From IMG/VR virus record IMGVR_UViG_2737471844_000001: DNA of 36,714 nucleotides; one strand, given 5' to 3'. Source of the DNA: a virus (taxonomy: Duplodnaviria > Heunggongvirae > Uroviricota > Caudoviricetes). The notes under the pieces were generated by a model. That model was not told the DNA's origin. It saw only the letters and a list, made by a program, of their open reading frames with translations, and did not search any database. The position numbers were made by a program, and so were the translations under genes. Numbering within the stretch: position 1 is the stretch's first letter; every line of letters begins with the position of its first letter. Of the stretch, positions 27,126 to 36,714 are shown piece by piece.

Positions 27126-27992
27126 ATGGTCCGTTTTAACTTACTAGAAAATGCGTTGGATTCAGTGGAAACCGGGCTGGACTACTTTAACAAAGCGCTA
27201 GAAGGGCATGATCGACGTGACTACAAACAGTGCCTGCTTAACCTCTTTCAGGCCGCTGAGCTATTGTTGAAGGCCGTAGTTTCGCGCAATGGGTCTGGAG
27301 CGATTTTTAATCCAGCATCGCTTCAAGAAAAATGTGTGGATCCGGCGCATCCAACCGAGTCAGAATTACACCAGTGTAAATCTGTCAACGTCAACCAGCT
27401 TTGTAAGCTGTTAAAGACATATTACCCAGCCGAATTTTCTGAATCTGCATTACAAATGATGAAAACGGTGGGTCAGTTGCGTAATAACCTTCAGCATTTT
27501 GCCCTTGAGGTTCGTCCGCAAGAACTGGCAATGCAACTGAGTGAACTGTACCAACAAATTTTTCGTCCCGCATTCGTCATAATTCAGTCAGATGAGACCG
27601 AAAATTCATGGAACTCTGATTTACGTCAAGACATCATCGCTCTTGAGCAACAATTCCTTGATATAACTGTTAACCAGGAATACACCCTTGCACTTTGTCC
27701 CGTTTGTGAGAGTTTTTCACATTTTATCCTTTACCAAAGTGAAAGCTTTCCGGCACGGACTCACTGTATCTGTTGTGGTTTCAGCCTGAATAATCTGCAA
27801 ACTTGGGATTTTCAGGAATGTCCTGAATGTAGTGTCCCATCCGTAATTTATTTACCGGAACAAAGGGTCGGTGTCTGTCTCTGGTATAAATGTGAATACA
27901 GCAAGATGGATGGTTTTGTTCCTATGGAGCCTTGTGAATGTGGTGCATTCCGGATGGAAGGTCATTGCAGTAACTGCGATCTTGAGGAATAG
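27126..27992 (+). CDS. Cargo HEPN-domain protein with Cys-rich putative zinc-ribbon C-terminus (288 aa); candidate RNase-type defence effector
   Basis: Rx4H motif in TVGQLRNNLQHF after an alpha-helical N-region; C-terminal 90 aa with repeated CxxC/CxC pairs (CPVC, CICC, CPEC, CEC, CSNC). Confidence 0.6.
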   Translation: MVRFNLLENALDSVETGLDYFNKALEGHDRRDYKQCLLNLFQAAELLLKAVVSRNGSGAIFNPASLQEKCVDPAHPTESELHQCKSVNVNQLCKLLKTYYPAEFSESALQMMKTVGQLRNNLQHFALEVRPQELAMQLSELYQQIFRPAFVIIQSDETENSWNSDLRQDIIALEQQFLDITVNQEYTLALCPVCESFSHFILYQSESFPARTHCICCGFSLNNLQTWDFQECPECSVPSVIYLPEQRVGVCLWYKCEYSKMDGFVPMEPCECGAFRMEGHCSNCDLEE

Positions 27993-28355
27993 TAAAATCG
28001 TCCGATGAGAATGTACAGCAGCCTGGTCGATGATTTCTTGATGAATCGCTGAATTATCCGGTATTACTTGACAACTAAATCGCACATTTCTGTTTCTGGC
28101 AATTTGAAAGGTTTACTCTATGCCCCAGAATTCAGCACATACATAAAAACACCATTTCAGAACGCGTCTTGATCCAAAGAACGACTGTATGATAGATAGG
28201 CGTCGTCGTGAGGACAGGAATGATCTACCCCCCGTTATTCATACAGAATGCTGTTAGTAATGTCCGCAGATCGCTCAAAGCAGACTGTCAGATTTGATAG
28301 CGTTTGGGCTATGTAAGTAGCCAGTTGGAGAATGAGTGAGTGCAAATCAGGACTG

Positions 28356-28381
28356 GCGGGCGAATTGCCCGCATTTTCTTT
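28356..28381 (+). terminator. Candidate rho-independent terminator separating the cargo island from the late tail operon
   Basis: GCGGGC-GAATT-GCCCGC hairpin followed by ATTTTCTTTAT. Confidence 0.6.
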
Positions 28382-28477
28382 ATCTGTTGTTTCATCCACT
28401 GACCAGCCAGGTCAAATAGCGTCTCATGCACTGCCCAACAGAAAATAGTTGCACCCATTAACCACGGAGTTAAACGG

Positions 28478-29668
28478 ATGAGTGACTATCATCACGGCGT
28501 GCAGGTGCTGGAGATTAACGACGGCACCCGCGTCATTTCCACTGTATCCACTGCCATTGTCGGCATGGTCTGCACGGCCAGCGATGCGGATGCGGAAACC
28601 TTCCCCCTCAATAAACCTGTGCTGATTACCAATGTGCAGAGCGCAATTGCAAAGGCCGGTAAAAAAGGCACGCTGGCGGCATCGTTGCAGGCCATCGCTG
28701 ACCAGTCAAAACCGGTCACCGTTGTCGTGCGCGTGGAAGACGGCACCGGCGACGACGAAGAAACGAAACTCGCGCAGACTGTTTCCAATATCATCGGCAC
28801 CACCGACGAAAACGGTCAGTACACCGGACTGAAAGCCCTGCTGGCGGCGGAGTCGGTAACCGGTGTTAAACCGCGTATTCTCGGTGTGCCGGGACTGGAT
28901 ACCAAAGAGGTGGCTGTTGCACTGGCATCCGTCTGTCAGAAGCTGCGTGCTTTCGGATATATCAGCGCATGGGGCTGTAAGACCATTTCCGAGGTGAAAG
29001 CCTACCGCCAGAATTTCAGCCAGCGTGAGCTGATGGTCATCTGGCCGGATTTCCTCGCATGGGATACGGTCACCAGTACCACCGCCACCGCGTATGCCAC
29101 CGCCCGTGCGCTGGGGCTGCGCGCTAAAATCGACCAGGAGCAGGGCTGGCATAAAACGCTGTCCAATGTCGGGGTGAACGGTGTTACCGGCATCAGCGCA
29201 TCTGTATTCTGGGATTTGCAGGAGTCCGGCACCGATGCTGACCTGCTTAACGAGTCAGGCGTCACTACGCTGATTCGCCGCGACGGTTTCCGATTCTGGG
29301 GTAACCGTACCTGCTCTGATGACCCGCTGTTCCTCTTTGAAAACTACACCCGCACCGCGCAGGTGCTGGCCGACACGATGGCTGAGGCGCACATGTGGGC
29401 GGTGGACAAGCCCATCACCGCAACGCTGATTCGCGACATCGTTGACGGCATCAATGCCAAATTCCGTGAGCTGAAAACAAACGGCTATATCGTGGATGCG
29501 ACCTGCTGGTTCAGCGAAGAATCCAACGATGCGGAAACCCTCAAGGCCGGAAAACTGTATATCGACTACGACTATACCCCGGTGCCTCCTCTTGAAAACC
29601 TGACCCTGCGCCAGCGTATTACCGATAAATACCTGGCAAATCTGGTCACTTCGGTTAACAGCAATTAA
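28478..29668 (+). CDS. FI: Tail sheath protein (P2 FI-like, 396 aa)
   Basis: Exact P2 FI length; synteny. Confidence 0.92.
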   Translation: MSDYHHGVQVLEINDGTRVISTVSTAIVGMVCTASDADAETFPLNKPVLITNVQSAIAKAGKKGTLAASLQAIADQSKPVTVVVRVEDGTGDDEETKLAQTVSNIIGTTDENGQYTGLKALLAAESVTGVKPRILGVPGLDTKEVAVALASVCQKLRAFGYISAWGCKTISEVKAYRQNFSQRELMVIWPDFLAWDTVTSTTATAYATARALGLRAKIDQEQGWHKTLSNVGVNGVTGISASVFWDLQESGTDADLLNESGVTTLIRRDGFRFWGNRTCSDDPLFLFENYTRTAQVLADTMAEAHMWAVDKPITATLIRDIVDGINAKFRELKTNGYIVDATCWFSEESNDAETLKAGKLYIDYDYTPVPPLENLTLRQRITDKYLANLVTSVNSN

Positions 29669-29680
29669 GGAGCCTGACCG

Positions 29681-30199
29681 ATGGCAATGCCGCGCAAACT
29701 CAAGTTAATGAACGTCTTTCTGAACGGCTACAGCTATCAGGGCGTTGCAAAGTCCGTCACGCTGCCAAAACTGACCCGTAAGCTCGAAAACTATCGCGGT
29801 GCGGGGATGAACGGCAGCGCACCGGTAGACCTCGGCCTTGATGACGATGCGCTGTCAATGGAGTGGTCGCTCGGTGGCTTCCCGGATTCGGTTATCTGGG
29901 AGCTTTACGCCGCAACCGGCGTGGATGCCGTCCCGATTCGTTTTGCAGGCTCTTACCAGCGTGACGATACCGGCGAAACGGTGGCCGTCGAGGTGGTCAT
30001 GCGTGGACGTCAGAAAGAAATCGACACCGGCGAGGGTAAACAGGGAGAAGACACCGAGTCGAAAATCTCCGTGGTCTGCACCTATTTCTGGCTGACGATG
30101 GACGGTAAGGAGCTGGTCGAAATCGACACCATCAACATGATTGAGAAGGTGAACGGCGTCGACCGGCTGGAGCAACACCGCCGCAATATCGGCCTGTGA
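29681..30199 (+). CDS. FII: Tail tube protein (P2 FII-like, 172 aa)
   Basis: Exact P2 FII length; synteny. Confidence 0.92.
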   Translation: MAMPRKLKLMNVFLNGYSYQGVAKSVTLPKLTRKLENYRGAGMNGSAPVDLGLDDDALSMEWSLGGFPDSVIWELYAATGVDAVPIRFAGSYQRDDTGETVAVEVVMRGRQKEIDTGEGKQGEDTESKISVVCTYFWLTMDGKELVEIDTINMIEKVNGVDRLEQHRRNIGL

Positions 30200-30255
30200 T
30201 TTTCATCCGGTCAGCCTGGCTGACCGGTTAACCCCGATTCATAAGTGAGAAAACC

Positions 30256-30531
30256 ATGAACAAAGAAAATGTGATTACCCTGGACAATCCGGTCAAACGT
30301 GGTGAGCAGGTTATCGAACAGGTCACGCTGATGAAACCCAGTGCCGGGACGCTGCGCGGTGTCAGTCTGGCAGCGGTCGCAAACTCCGAAGTCGATGCAC
30401 TGATTAAGGTGTTGCCGCGCATGACGGCACCGATGCTGACCGAGCAGGAAGTCGCCGCACTGGAACTGCCTGACCTTGTGGCGCTGGCCGGTAAGGTGGT
30501 CGGTTTTTTGTCGCCGAACTCGGTGCAGTGA
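30256..30531 (+). CDS. E: Tail assembly chaperone E (91 aa)
   Basis: Length and position upstream of the tape measure gene. Confidence 0.88.
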   Translation: MNKENVITLDNPVKRGEQVIEQVTLMKPSAGTLRGVSLAAVANSEVDALIKVLPRMTAPMLTEQEVAALELPDLVALAGKVVGFLSPNSVQ

Positions 30532-30683
30532 CGTTTCCGAAAAATCTCTCGGTCGATGACCTGATGGCGGATGTGGCAGTGATATTTCACTGGCCGCCAT
30601 CAGAACTGTATCCCATGAGCCTGACCGAACTCATCACATGGCGCGAAAAGGCGCTCCGGCGAAGCGGAAACACGAATGAGTAA
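30256..30683 (+). CDS. E': E+E' extended tail chaperone made by programmed -1 frameshift at TTTTTTG (30504..30510)
   Basis: T6G slippery heptamer near the 3' end of E; the -1 frame stays open to a TAA at 30681..30683 that overlaps the T start, as in P2 E/E'. Confidence 0.7.
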
Positions 30684-33123
30684 CAATGTAAAATTACAGG
30701 TATTGCTCAGGGCTGTTGACCAGGCATCCCGCCCGTTTAAATCCATCCGCACAGCGAGCAAATCGCTGTCGGGGGATATCCGGGAAACACAAAAATCACT
30801 GCGCGAGCTGAACGGTCACGCATCCCGTATTGAGGGATTTCGCAAGACCAGTGCACAGCTCGCCGTGACTGGTCATGCACTTGAAAAGGCACGGCAGGAG
30901 GCCGAAGCCCTTGCCACACAGTTTAAAAACACCGAACGTCCGACACGTGCTCAGGCGAAAGTGCTGGAATCCGCGAAGCGTGCGGCGGAGGACTTACAGG
31001 CGAAATATAACCGCCTGACGGATTCCGTTAAACGCCAGCAGCGGGAACTGGCCGTTGTGGGAATTAATACCCGCAATCTTGCACATGATGAGCAGGGACT
31101 GAAAAACCGTATCAGTGAAACCACCGCCCAGCTTAACCGGCAGCGTGACGCGCTGGCGCGTGTCAGTGCGCAACAGGCAAAACTTAACGCAGTCAAACAG
31201 CGTTATCAGGCCGGAAAGGAACTGGCCGGAAATATGGCCTCAGTGGGCGCTGCCGGTGTGGGGATTGCTGCTGCGGGAACGATGGCCGGAGTTAAGTTGC
31301 TGATGCCCGGTTATGAGTTTGCGCAGAAAAACTCAGAATTGCAGGCCGTGCTCGGTGTGGCAAAAGACTCCGCCGAAATGGCCGCGCTCCGCAAGCAGGC
31401 GCGCCAGCTCGGCGACAATACCGCAGCCTCGGCAGATGATGCAGCCGGTGCTCAGATTATTATTGCGAAAGCCGGTGGGGATGTTGATGCCATTCAGGCG
31501 GCAACGCCGGTCACGTTGAATATGGCGCTGGCGAACCGTCGCACGATGGAAGAAAACGCCGCCCTGCTGATGGAGATGAAATCCGCCTTTCAGCTTTCAA
31601 ACGATAAGGTCGCTCATATCGGGGATGTTCTCTCCATGACGATGAACAAAACCGCCGCCGATTTTGACGGTATGAGCGATGCGCTGACCTATGCCGCACC
31701 TGTGGCAAAAAATGCCGGTGTCAGCATTGAAGAAACCGCCGCAATGGTCGGGGCGCTGCATGATGCAAAAATTACCGGTTCAATGGCGGGGACGGGAAGC
31801 CGTGCCGTGTTAAGCCGCCTGCAGGCACCGACGGGAAAAGCATGGGATGCACTGAAAGAGCTTGGTGTGAAAACCTCAGACAGTAAGGGAAACACCCGAC
31901 CAGTATTTACCATTCTGAAAGAAATGCAGGCCAGTTTTGAGAAAAACCGGCTCGGTACTGCCCAGCAGGCTGAATATATGAAAACCATTTTCGGGGAGGA
32001 GGCCAGTTCAGCCGCCGCCGTGCTGATGACTGCCGCCTCAACCGGAAAGCTGGACAAACTGACCGCTGCGTTTAAAGCCTCAGACGGAAAGACCGCAGAG
32101 CTGGTTAAAATCATGCAGGACAACCTCGGCGGTGACTTTAAGGAGTTTCAGTCCGCTTATGAGGCGGTGGGGACAGACCTGTTTGACCAGCAGGAAGGCG
32201 CACTGCGTAAGCTCACGCAGACGGCCACAAAGTATGTGTTAAAACTCGACGGCTGGATCCAGAAAAACAAATCACTGGCGTCAACCATCGGCCTCATTGT
32301 CGGTGGCGCGCTGGCGCTTATTGGCATCATCGGTGCCATTGGTCTTGTAGCCTGGCCGGTTATCACTGGCATCAATGCCATCATCGCGGCAGCAGGCGCA
32401 ATGGGGGCAGTCTTCACGACGGTTGGCAGTGCTGTTATGACCGCCATCGGGGCGATTAGCTGGCCGGTTGTGGCCGTGGTGGCCGCCATTGTCGCCGGGG
32501 CGTTGCTTATCCGTAAATACTGGGAGCCTGTCAGCGCATTCTTTGGCGGTGTGGTGGAAGGGCTGAAAGCGGCATTTGCGCCGGTGGGGGAACTATTCAC
32601 GCCACTTAAGCTGGTGTTCGACTGGCTGGGCGAAAAGTTACAGGCCGCGTGGCAGTGGTTTAAAAACCTGATTGCCCCGGTCAAAGCCACCCAGGACACC
32701 CTGAACCGTTGCCGTGACACGGGCGTCATGTTCGGGCAGGCACTGGCTGACGCGCTGATGCTGCCGCTTAATGCGTTCAACAAACTGCGCGGCGGTATTG
32801 ACTGGGTACTGGAAAAACTCGGCGTCATCAACAAAGAGTCAGGCACGCTTGACCAGACCGCCGCCAGAACTCATGCCGCCACGTATGGCACCGGTGGTTA
32901 TATTCCGGCGGCCAGCTCTTATGCAGGTTATCAGGCTTATCAGCCGGTCACGGCACCGGCTGGCCGCTCTTATGTGGACCAGAGTAAAAACGAATATCAC
33001 ATCAACCTGACGGGCGGTACTACGCCGGGGATACAGCTCGACCGCCAGTTACAGGATGCACTCGAAAAATACGAGCGGGATAAACGTGCGCGCGCCCGTG
33101 CCAGCATGATGCATGACGGTTAA
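30676..33123 (+). CDS. T: Tail tape measure protein (P2 T-like, 815 aa)
   Basis: Exact P2 T length; Ala/Gly-rich hydrophobic segments; synteny. Confidence 0.92.
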   Translation: MSNNVKLQVLLRAVDQASRPFKSIRTASKSLSGDIRETQKSLRELNGHASRIEGFRKTSAQLAVTGHALEKARQEAEALATQFKNTERPTRAQAKVLESAKRAAEDLQAKYNRLTDSVKRQQRELAVVGINTRNLAHDEQGLKNRISETTAQLNRQRDALARVSAQQAKLNAVKQRYQAGKELAGNMASVGAAGVGIAAAGTMAGVKLLMPGYEFAQKNSELQAVLGVAKDSAEMAALRKQARQLGDNTAASADDAAGAQIIIAKAGGDVDAIQAATPVTLNMALANRRTMEENAALLMEMKSAFQLSNDKVAHIGDVLSMTMNKTAADFDGMSDALTYAAPVAKNAGVSIEETAAMVGALHDAKITGSMAGTGSRAVLSRLQAPTGKAWDALKELGVKTSDSKGNTRPVFTILKEMQASFEKNRLGTAQQAEYMKTIFGEEASSAAAVLMTAASTGKLDKLTAAFKASDGKTAELVKIMQDNLGGDFKEFQSAYEAVGTDLFDQQEGALRKLTQTATKYVLKLDGWIQKNKSLASTIGLIVGGALALIGIIGAIGLVAWPVITGINAIIAAAGAMGAVFTTVGSAVMTAIGAISWPVVAVVAAIVAGALLIRKYWEPVSAFFGGVVEGLKAAFAPVGELFTPLKLVFDWLGEKLQAAWQWFKNLIAPVKATQDTLNRCRDTGVMFGQALADALMLPLNAFNKLRGGIDWVLEKLGVINKESGTLDQTAARTHAATYGTGGYIPAASSYAGYQAYQPVTAPAGRSYVDQSKNEYHINLTGGTTPGIQLDRQLQDALEKYERDKRARARASMMHDG

Positions 33124-33137
33124 GGAGGTGACGAAAA

Positions 33138-33617
33138 ATGATGCTCGCGTTAGGTATGTTTGTTTTTATGCGCCAGACGCTGCCACACCAGACCATGCAG
33201 CGTGAATCAGATTATCGCTGGCCGTCAAATTCCCGTATCGGTAAACGGGATGCCTTTCAGTTTCTCGGTGTTGGCGAGGAAAACATCACGCTTGCCGGTG
33301 TGCTTTATCCCGAGCTGACCGGCGGAAAGCTGACGATGACCACGCTCAGGCTGATGGCAGAGGAAGGCCGGGCGTGGCCGTTGCTGGATGGCACCGGCAT
33401 GATTTACGGCATGTATGTCATCAGCAGGGTGAGTGAAGCAGGGAGTATTTTCTTTGCAGACGGCACACCCCGAAAAATTGATTTTACGCTGTCGCTCACC
33501 CGCGTTGATGAATCACTGGCCGCGCTTTATGGCGATATCGGTAAACAGGCGGAATCGCTCATCGGTAAGGCTGGCAGTATGGCGACTAAATTCACGGGTA
33601 TGACGGGGGCGGGATAA
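33138..33617 (+). CDS. U: Tail protein (P2 U-like, 159 aa)
   Basis: Length and synteny. Confidence 0.88.
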   Translation: MMLALGMFVFMRQTLPHQTMQRESDYRWPSNSRIGKRDAFQFLGVGEENITLAGVLYPELTGGKLTMTTLRLMAEEGRAWPLLDGTGMIYGMYVISRVSEAGSIFFADGTPRKIDFTLSLTRVDESLAALYGDIGKQAESLIGKAGSMATKFTGMTGAG

Positions 33618-34780
33618 TGCTGGATGCACTGACATTTGATGCAGGCAGTACGCTGACGCCGGATTACATGCTGATGCTCGACAGCAGGGATATTACCGGC
33701 AATATCAGCGACCGTCTGATGAGCATGACCCTGACGGATAACCGGGGCTTTGAGGCTGACCAGCTTGATATTGAACTGAACGATGCCGACGGGCAGGTCG
33801 GGCTGCCGATTCGTGGCGCTGTCCTGACGGTGTATATCGGCTGGAAAGGTTTTGCCCTGGTATGCAAAGGGAAATTTACCGTTGATGAGGTTGAACACCG
33901 GGGCGCGCCGGATGTGGTTACCATCCGCGCCCGGAGTGCAGATTTTCGCGGGACGCTCAATTCCCGCCGGGAAGGCTCCTGGCATGACACCACACTCGGT
34001 GCGATTGTTGAGGCGATAGCCTGTCGTAACAAGCTGGAAGCCAGTGTCGCTCCGTCACTGGCCGGAATTAAAATCCCGCACATCGACCAGTCGCAGGAGT
34101 CCGATGCGAAATTCCTGACCCGTCTTGCTGAACGCAACGGCGGTGAGGTGTCGGTAAAAATGGGAAAATTGTTGTTTCTCAAAGCGGGGCAGGGGGTGAC
34201 GGCCAGTGGTAAAAAAATCCCGCAGGTCACCATAACCCGCAGCGACGGCGACCGCCATCATTTTGCGATTGCTGACCGTGGAGCCTATACCGGCGTAACG
34301 GCAAAGTGGTTACACACCAAAGACCCGAAGCCACAAAAGCAGAAGGTAAAACTGAAACGCAAAAAGAAAGAGAAACACCTGCGCGCACTGGAGCACCCGA
34401 AAGCGAAACCGGTCAGGCAGAAGAAAGCGCCAAAAGTACCGGAAGCGCGCGAAGGTGAATACATGGCAGGTGAGGCTGACAACGTTTTTGCCCTGACCAC
34501 GGTATATGCCACGAAAGCGCAGGCCATGCGCGCCGCTCAGGCGAAGTGGGATAAGCTGCAACGGGGCGTTGCGGAGTTCTCCATCAGTCTGGCTACTGGT
34601 CGGGCAGATATTTACACGGAAACGCCGGTCAAAGTATCAGGCTTTAAGCGCGTCATAGACGAGCAGGACTGGACAATCACTAAGGTGACACATTTTCTGA
34701 ATAATAGCGGCTTCACGACGTCCCTGGAGCTTGAGGTCAGGCTTTCTGATGTGGAGTACGAAACAGAAGATGATGAGTGA
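33617..34780 (+). CDS. D: Late tail gene product (P2 D-like, 387 aa)
   Basis: Length and synteny; ATGA overlap with U. Confidence 0.88.
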   Translation: MLDALTFDAGSTLTPDYMLMLDSRDITGNISDRLMSMTLTDNRGFEADQLDIELNDADGQVGLPIRGAVLTVYIGWKGFALVCKGKFTVDEVEHRGAPDVVTIRARSADFRGTLNSRREGSWHDTTLGAIVEAIACRNKLEASVAPSLAGIKIPHIDQSQESDAKFLTRLAERNGGEVSVKMGKLLFLKAGQGVTASGKKIPQVTITRSDGDRHHFAIADRGAYTGVTAKWLHTKDPKPQKQKVKLKRKKKEKHLRALEHPKAKPVRQKKAPKVPEAREGEYMAGEADNVFALTTVYATKAQAMRAAQAKWDKLQRGVAEFSISLATGRADIYTETPVKVSGFKRVIDEQDWTITKVTHFLNNSGFTTSLELEVRLSDVEYETEDDE

Positions 34781-34861
34781 TGTTTTTATTTTATCTGTTT
34801 GTTTTATAAGGTTAAATTAACTAAAATGGCACCATCAACAAAACCGGAAGAGGTGCTCGCG

Positions 34862-35080
34862 ATGTTTCATTGTCCTTTATGCCAGCATGCCGCACATGCG
34901 CGTACAAGTCGCTATATCACTGACACGACAAAAGAGCGTTATCACCAGTGCCAGAACGTGAATTGCAGCGCCACGTTCATCACTTATGAGTCGGTACAGC
35001 GATACATCGTGAAGCCGGGAGAAGTCCACGCCGTAAGGCCGCACCCGTTGCCGTCAGGGCAGCAAATTATGTGGATGTAA
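34862..35080 (+). CDS. ogr: Late-gene transcription activator Ogr (zinc-finger, 72 aa)
   Basis: 72 aa from MFHCPLCQH with CPLC...CQNVNC zinc-binding cysteines; the ORF-track start at 34799 is 21 codons upstream. Confidence 0.9.
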   Translation: MFHCPLCQHAAHARTSRYITDTTKERYHQCQNVNCSATFITYESVQRYIVKPGEVHAVRPHPLPSGQQIMWM

Positions 35081-35091
35081 TTACAAACAGG

Positions 35092-35118
35092 AAGCCCCTC
35101 AGTCGAGGGGCTTTTTTG
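35092..35118 (+). terminator. Rho-independent terminator after ogr
   Basis: AAGCCCCTC-AGTC-GAGGGGCTT hairpin followed by TTTTT. Confidence 0.75.
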
Positions 35119-35181
35119 TCGATGTGGTCAATATATGGACGTGACCAGAAATAAATCCTTTTATTTCAATTTGTTGTACGT

Positions 35182-35208
35182 AAAAAATAAGCCCGTGTAA
35201 GGGAGATT
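35182..35208. repeat. attR core, AAAAAATAAGCCCGTGTAAGGGAGATT
   Basis: Exact copy of 477..503. Confidence 0.85.
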
Positions 35209-35352
35209 ACACAGGCTAAGGAGGTGGTTCCTGGTACAGCTAGCATTTTATGGGTTATGTTTTTCAGCGAAACGGATGATAACCTTAATAAATGCAGCTG
35301 TATGTGATCGGTTTCTAAGAATTTTCCATCCGGGAAAAATAATCGAAATTAA

Positions 35353-36714
35353 TCACTTACCGTGGGGATTACGCGTGGTTTCCCCGGAGAAATTACGCAT
35401 CAGCAGCGCGTAATTGAGCTCAAGATCCTGCGGGACCGGGAGCCACACAGTATAACCATCGCCTGGTGCTATCGGCATAGCTTCGCCTTTGGCGTTTTCC
35501 ATGTGCTCAAGGGTAAAATTAATGTTGCCTTGCGGCGTCATCAGCTCAAGGCTGTCGCCAACGGAGAATTTATTTTTCACCGCTACCGCCGCGAGGTCCC
35601 CCTTGCGCTCACCGGTAAACTCACCAACAAACTGCTGGCGGTCAGAAACTGAATAACCGTATTCGTAGTTCTGATAATCGTCGTGAGTATGACGACGCAG
35701 GAAACCTTCGGTATAGCCACGATGCGCCAGACCTTCCAGAGTTTCCAGCAGGCTGGTATCGAACGGTTTTCCCGCAGCGGCGTCATCGATAGCTTTGCGG
35801 TAAACCTGTGCGGTGCGTGCACAATAGTAGAAAGATTTGGTACGACCTTCGATTTTCAGCGAATGCACGCCCATTTTGGTCAGGCGTTCTACATGGGCGA
35901 TGGCGCGCAGATCTTTCGAGTTCATGATGTAAGTGCCGTGCTCATCTTCAAACGCGGTCATATACTCGCCCGGACGCTGGGCCTCTTCGATCATAAACAC
36001 TTTGTCGGTTGGTGCGCCGATACCCAGCGTCGGCTCAACATTTTGCACCGGAATCGGCTCGTACTTGTGTACGATGTTGCCAACATCATCTTCTTTCCCT
36101 TCCTGGACGTTGTACTCCCAGCGGCAGGCGTTGGTGCAGGTGCCCTGGTTCGGGTCGCGCTTGTTGATATAGCCAGAGAGCAGGCAGCGACCGGAGTAGG
36201 CCATGCACAGCGCGCCGTGAACGAAGATCTCGATCTCCATATCCGGCACCTGATTGCGGATCTCTTCAATCTCTTCCAGCGACAGCTCGCGAGAGAGGAT
36301 CACGCGGGTCAGGCCCATTTGCTGCCAGAATTTCACCGTCGCCCAGTTCACGGCGTTAGCCTGCACCGAAAGGTGGATCGGCATTTCAGGGAAGTGCTCA
36401 CGCACCAGCATAATCAGCCCTGGATCGGACATAATCAGCGCATCCGGCCCCATTTCCACCACCGGTTTCAGGTCACGGATAAAGGTTTTCAGCTTGGCGT
36501 TGTGCGGTGCAATGTTGACCACGACATAAAACTTTTTCCCCAGCGCGTGGGCTTCATTGATGCCGAGCTGAAGATTTTCGTGGTTGAATTCGTTGTTGCG
36601 CACACGCAGGGAATAACGCGGCTGGCCCGCATAAACAGCATCTGCGCCATAAGCGAAAGCGTAACGCATATTTTTCAGCGTTCCCGCCGGGGAAAGGAGT
36701 TCCGGTTTAAACAT
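35353..36714 (-). CDS. yegQ: Host peptidase U32-family protein (YegQ-like, 453 aa)
   Basis: N-terminus MFKPELLSPAGTLKNMRYAFAYGADAVYAGQPRYSLR matches my recollection of E. coli YegQ; lies outside attR. Confidence 0.75.
   Translation of the reverse strand: MFKPELLSPAGTLKNMRYAFAYGADAVYAGQPRYSLRVRNNEFNHENLQLGINEAHALGKKFYVVVNIAPHNAKLKTFIRDLKPVVEMGPDALIMSDPGLIMLVREHFPEMPIHLSVQANAVNWATVKFWQQMGLTRVILSRELSLEEIEEIRNQVPDMEIEIFVHGALCMAYSGRCLLSGYINKRDPNQGTCTNACRWEYNVQEGKEDDVGNIVHKYEPIPVQNVEPTLGIGAPTDKVFMIEEAQRPGEYMTAFEDEHGTYIMNSKDLRAIAHVERLTKMGVHSLKIEGRTKSFYYCARTAQVYRKAIDDAAAGKPFDTSLLETLEGLAHRGYTEGFLRRHTHDDYQNYEYGYSVSDRQQFVGEFTGERKGDLAAVAVKNKFSVGDSLELMTPQGNINFTLEHMENAKGEAMPIAPGDGYTVWLPVPQDLELNYALLMRNFSGETTRNPHGK

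Larger units (their letters stand above)
477..35208. mobile_element. Integrated P2-like prophage (attL core to attR core)
   Basis: Identical 27-bp direct repeats at both ends; integrase adjacent to left repeat; full P2-type gene complement and order; internal cos site. Confidence 0.9.

Noticed and set aside
34799-35080. 93-aa extended version of ogr, and similar upstream-extended starts for P (13245), L (16161) and X (16661)
   Set aside because: Internal ATGs with Shine-Dalgarno sequences give the exact lengths I recall for the P2 proteins (Ogr 72, P 590, L 169, X 67 aa); the upstream extensions run into terminators or neighbouring genes.

Overview
The window holds an essentially complete P2-like temperate myovirus prophage (about 34.7 kb, 477..35208) integrated between two host genes that look like E. 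coli yegR (1..318) and yegQ (35353..36714, minus strand). It is bounded by identical 27-bp att core direct repeats, and gene order and protein lengths match phage P2 nearly gene for gene: int-C-cox-B-orf80..83-A, then cos, then Q-P / O-N-M-L-X-Y-K-lysA-lysB(lysC)-R-S-V-W-J-I-H-G, then FI-FII-E(E')-T-U-D-ogr. All family assignments are from motifs, lengths and synteny read by eye; no database search, HMM scan or GC computation was run. Three segments depart from the P2 backbone and are the main points of interest. (1) An AT-rich single-gene island just upstream of cos (the P2 tin/old position) encodes a 738-aa ABC-type ATPase with a CxxC insertion and a C-terminal region with RloC/PrrC-like residue spacing. 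(2) An AT-rich island between G and FI (the P2 Z/fun position) encodes a 311-aa protein with an Mrr-like PD-(D/E)xK nuclease N-domain and a 288-aa protein with an Rx4H HEPN motif plus a Cys-rich C-terminus. (3) A PAPS-reductase-like PP-loop gene sits between orf83 and replication gene A. Both AT-rich islands are candidate anti-phage defence cargo and possibly undescribed systems. Tail fibre gene H also carries about four tandem 132-bp in-frame repeats.
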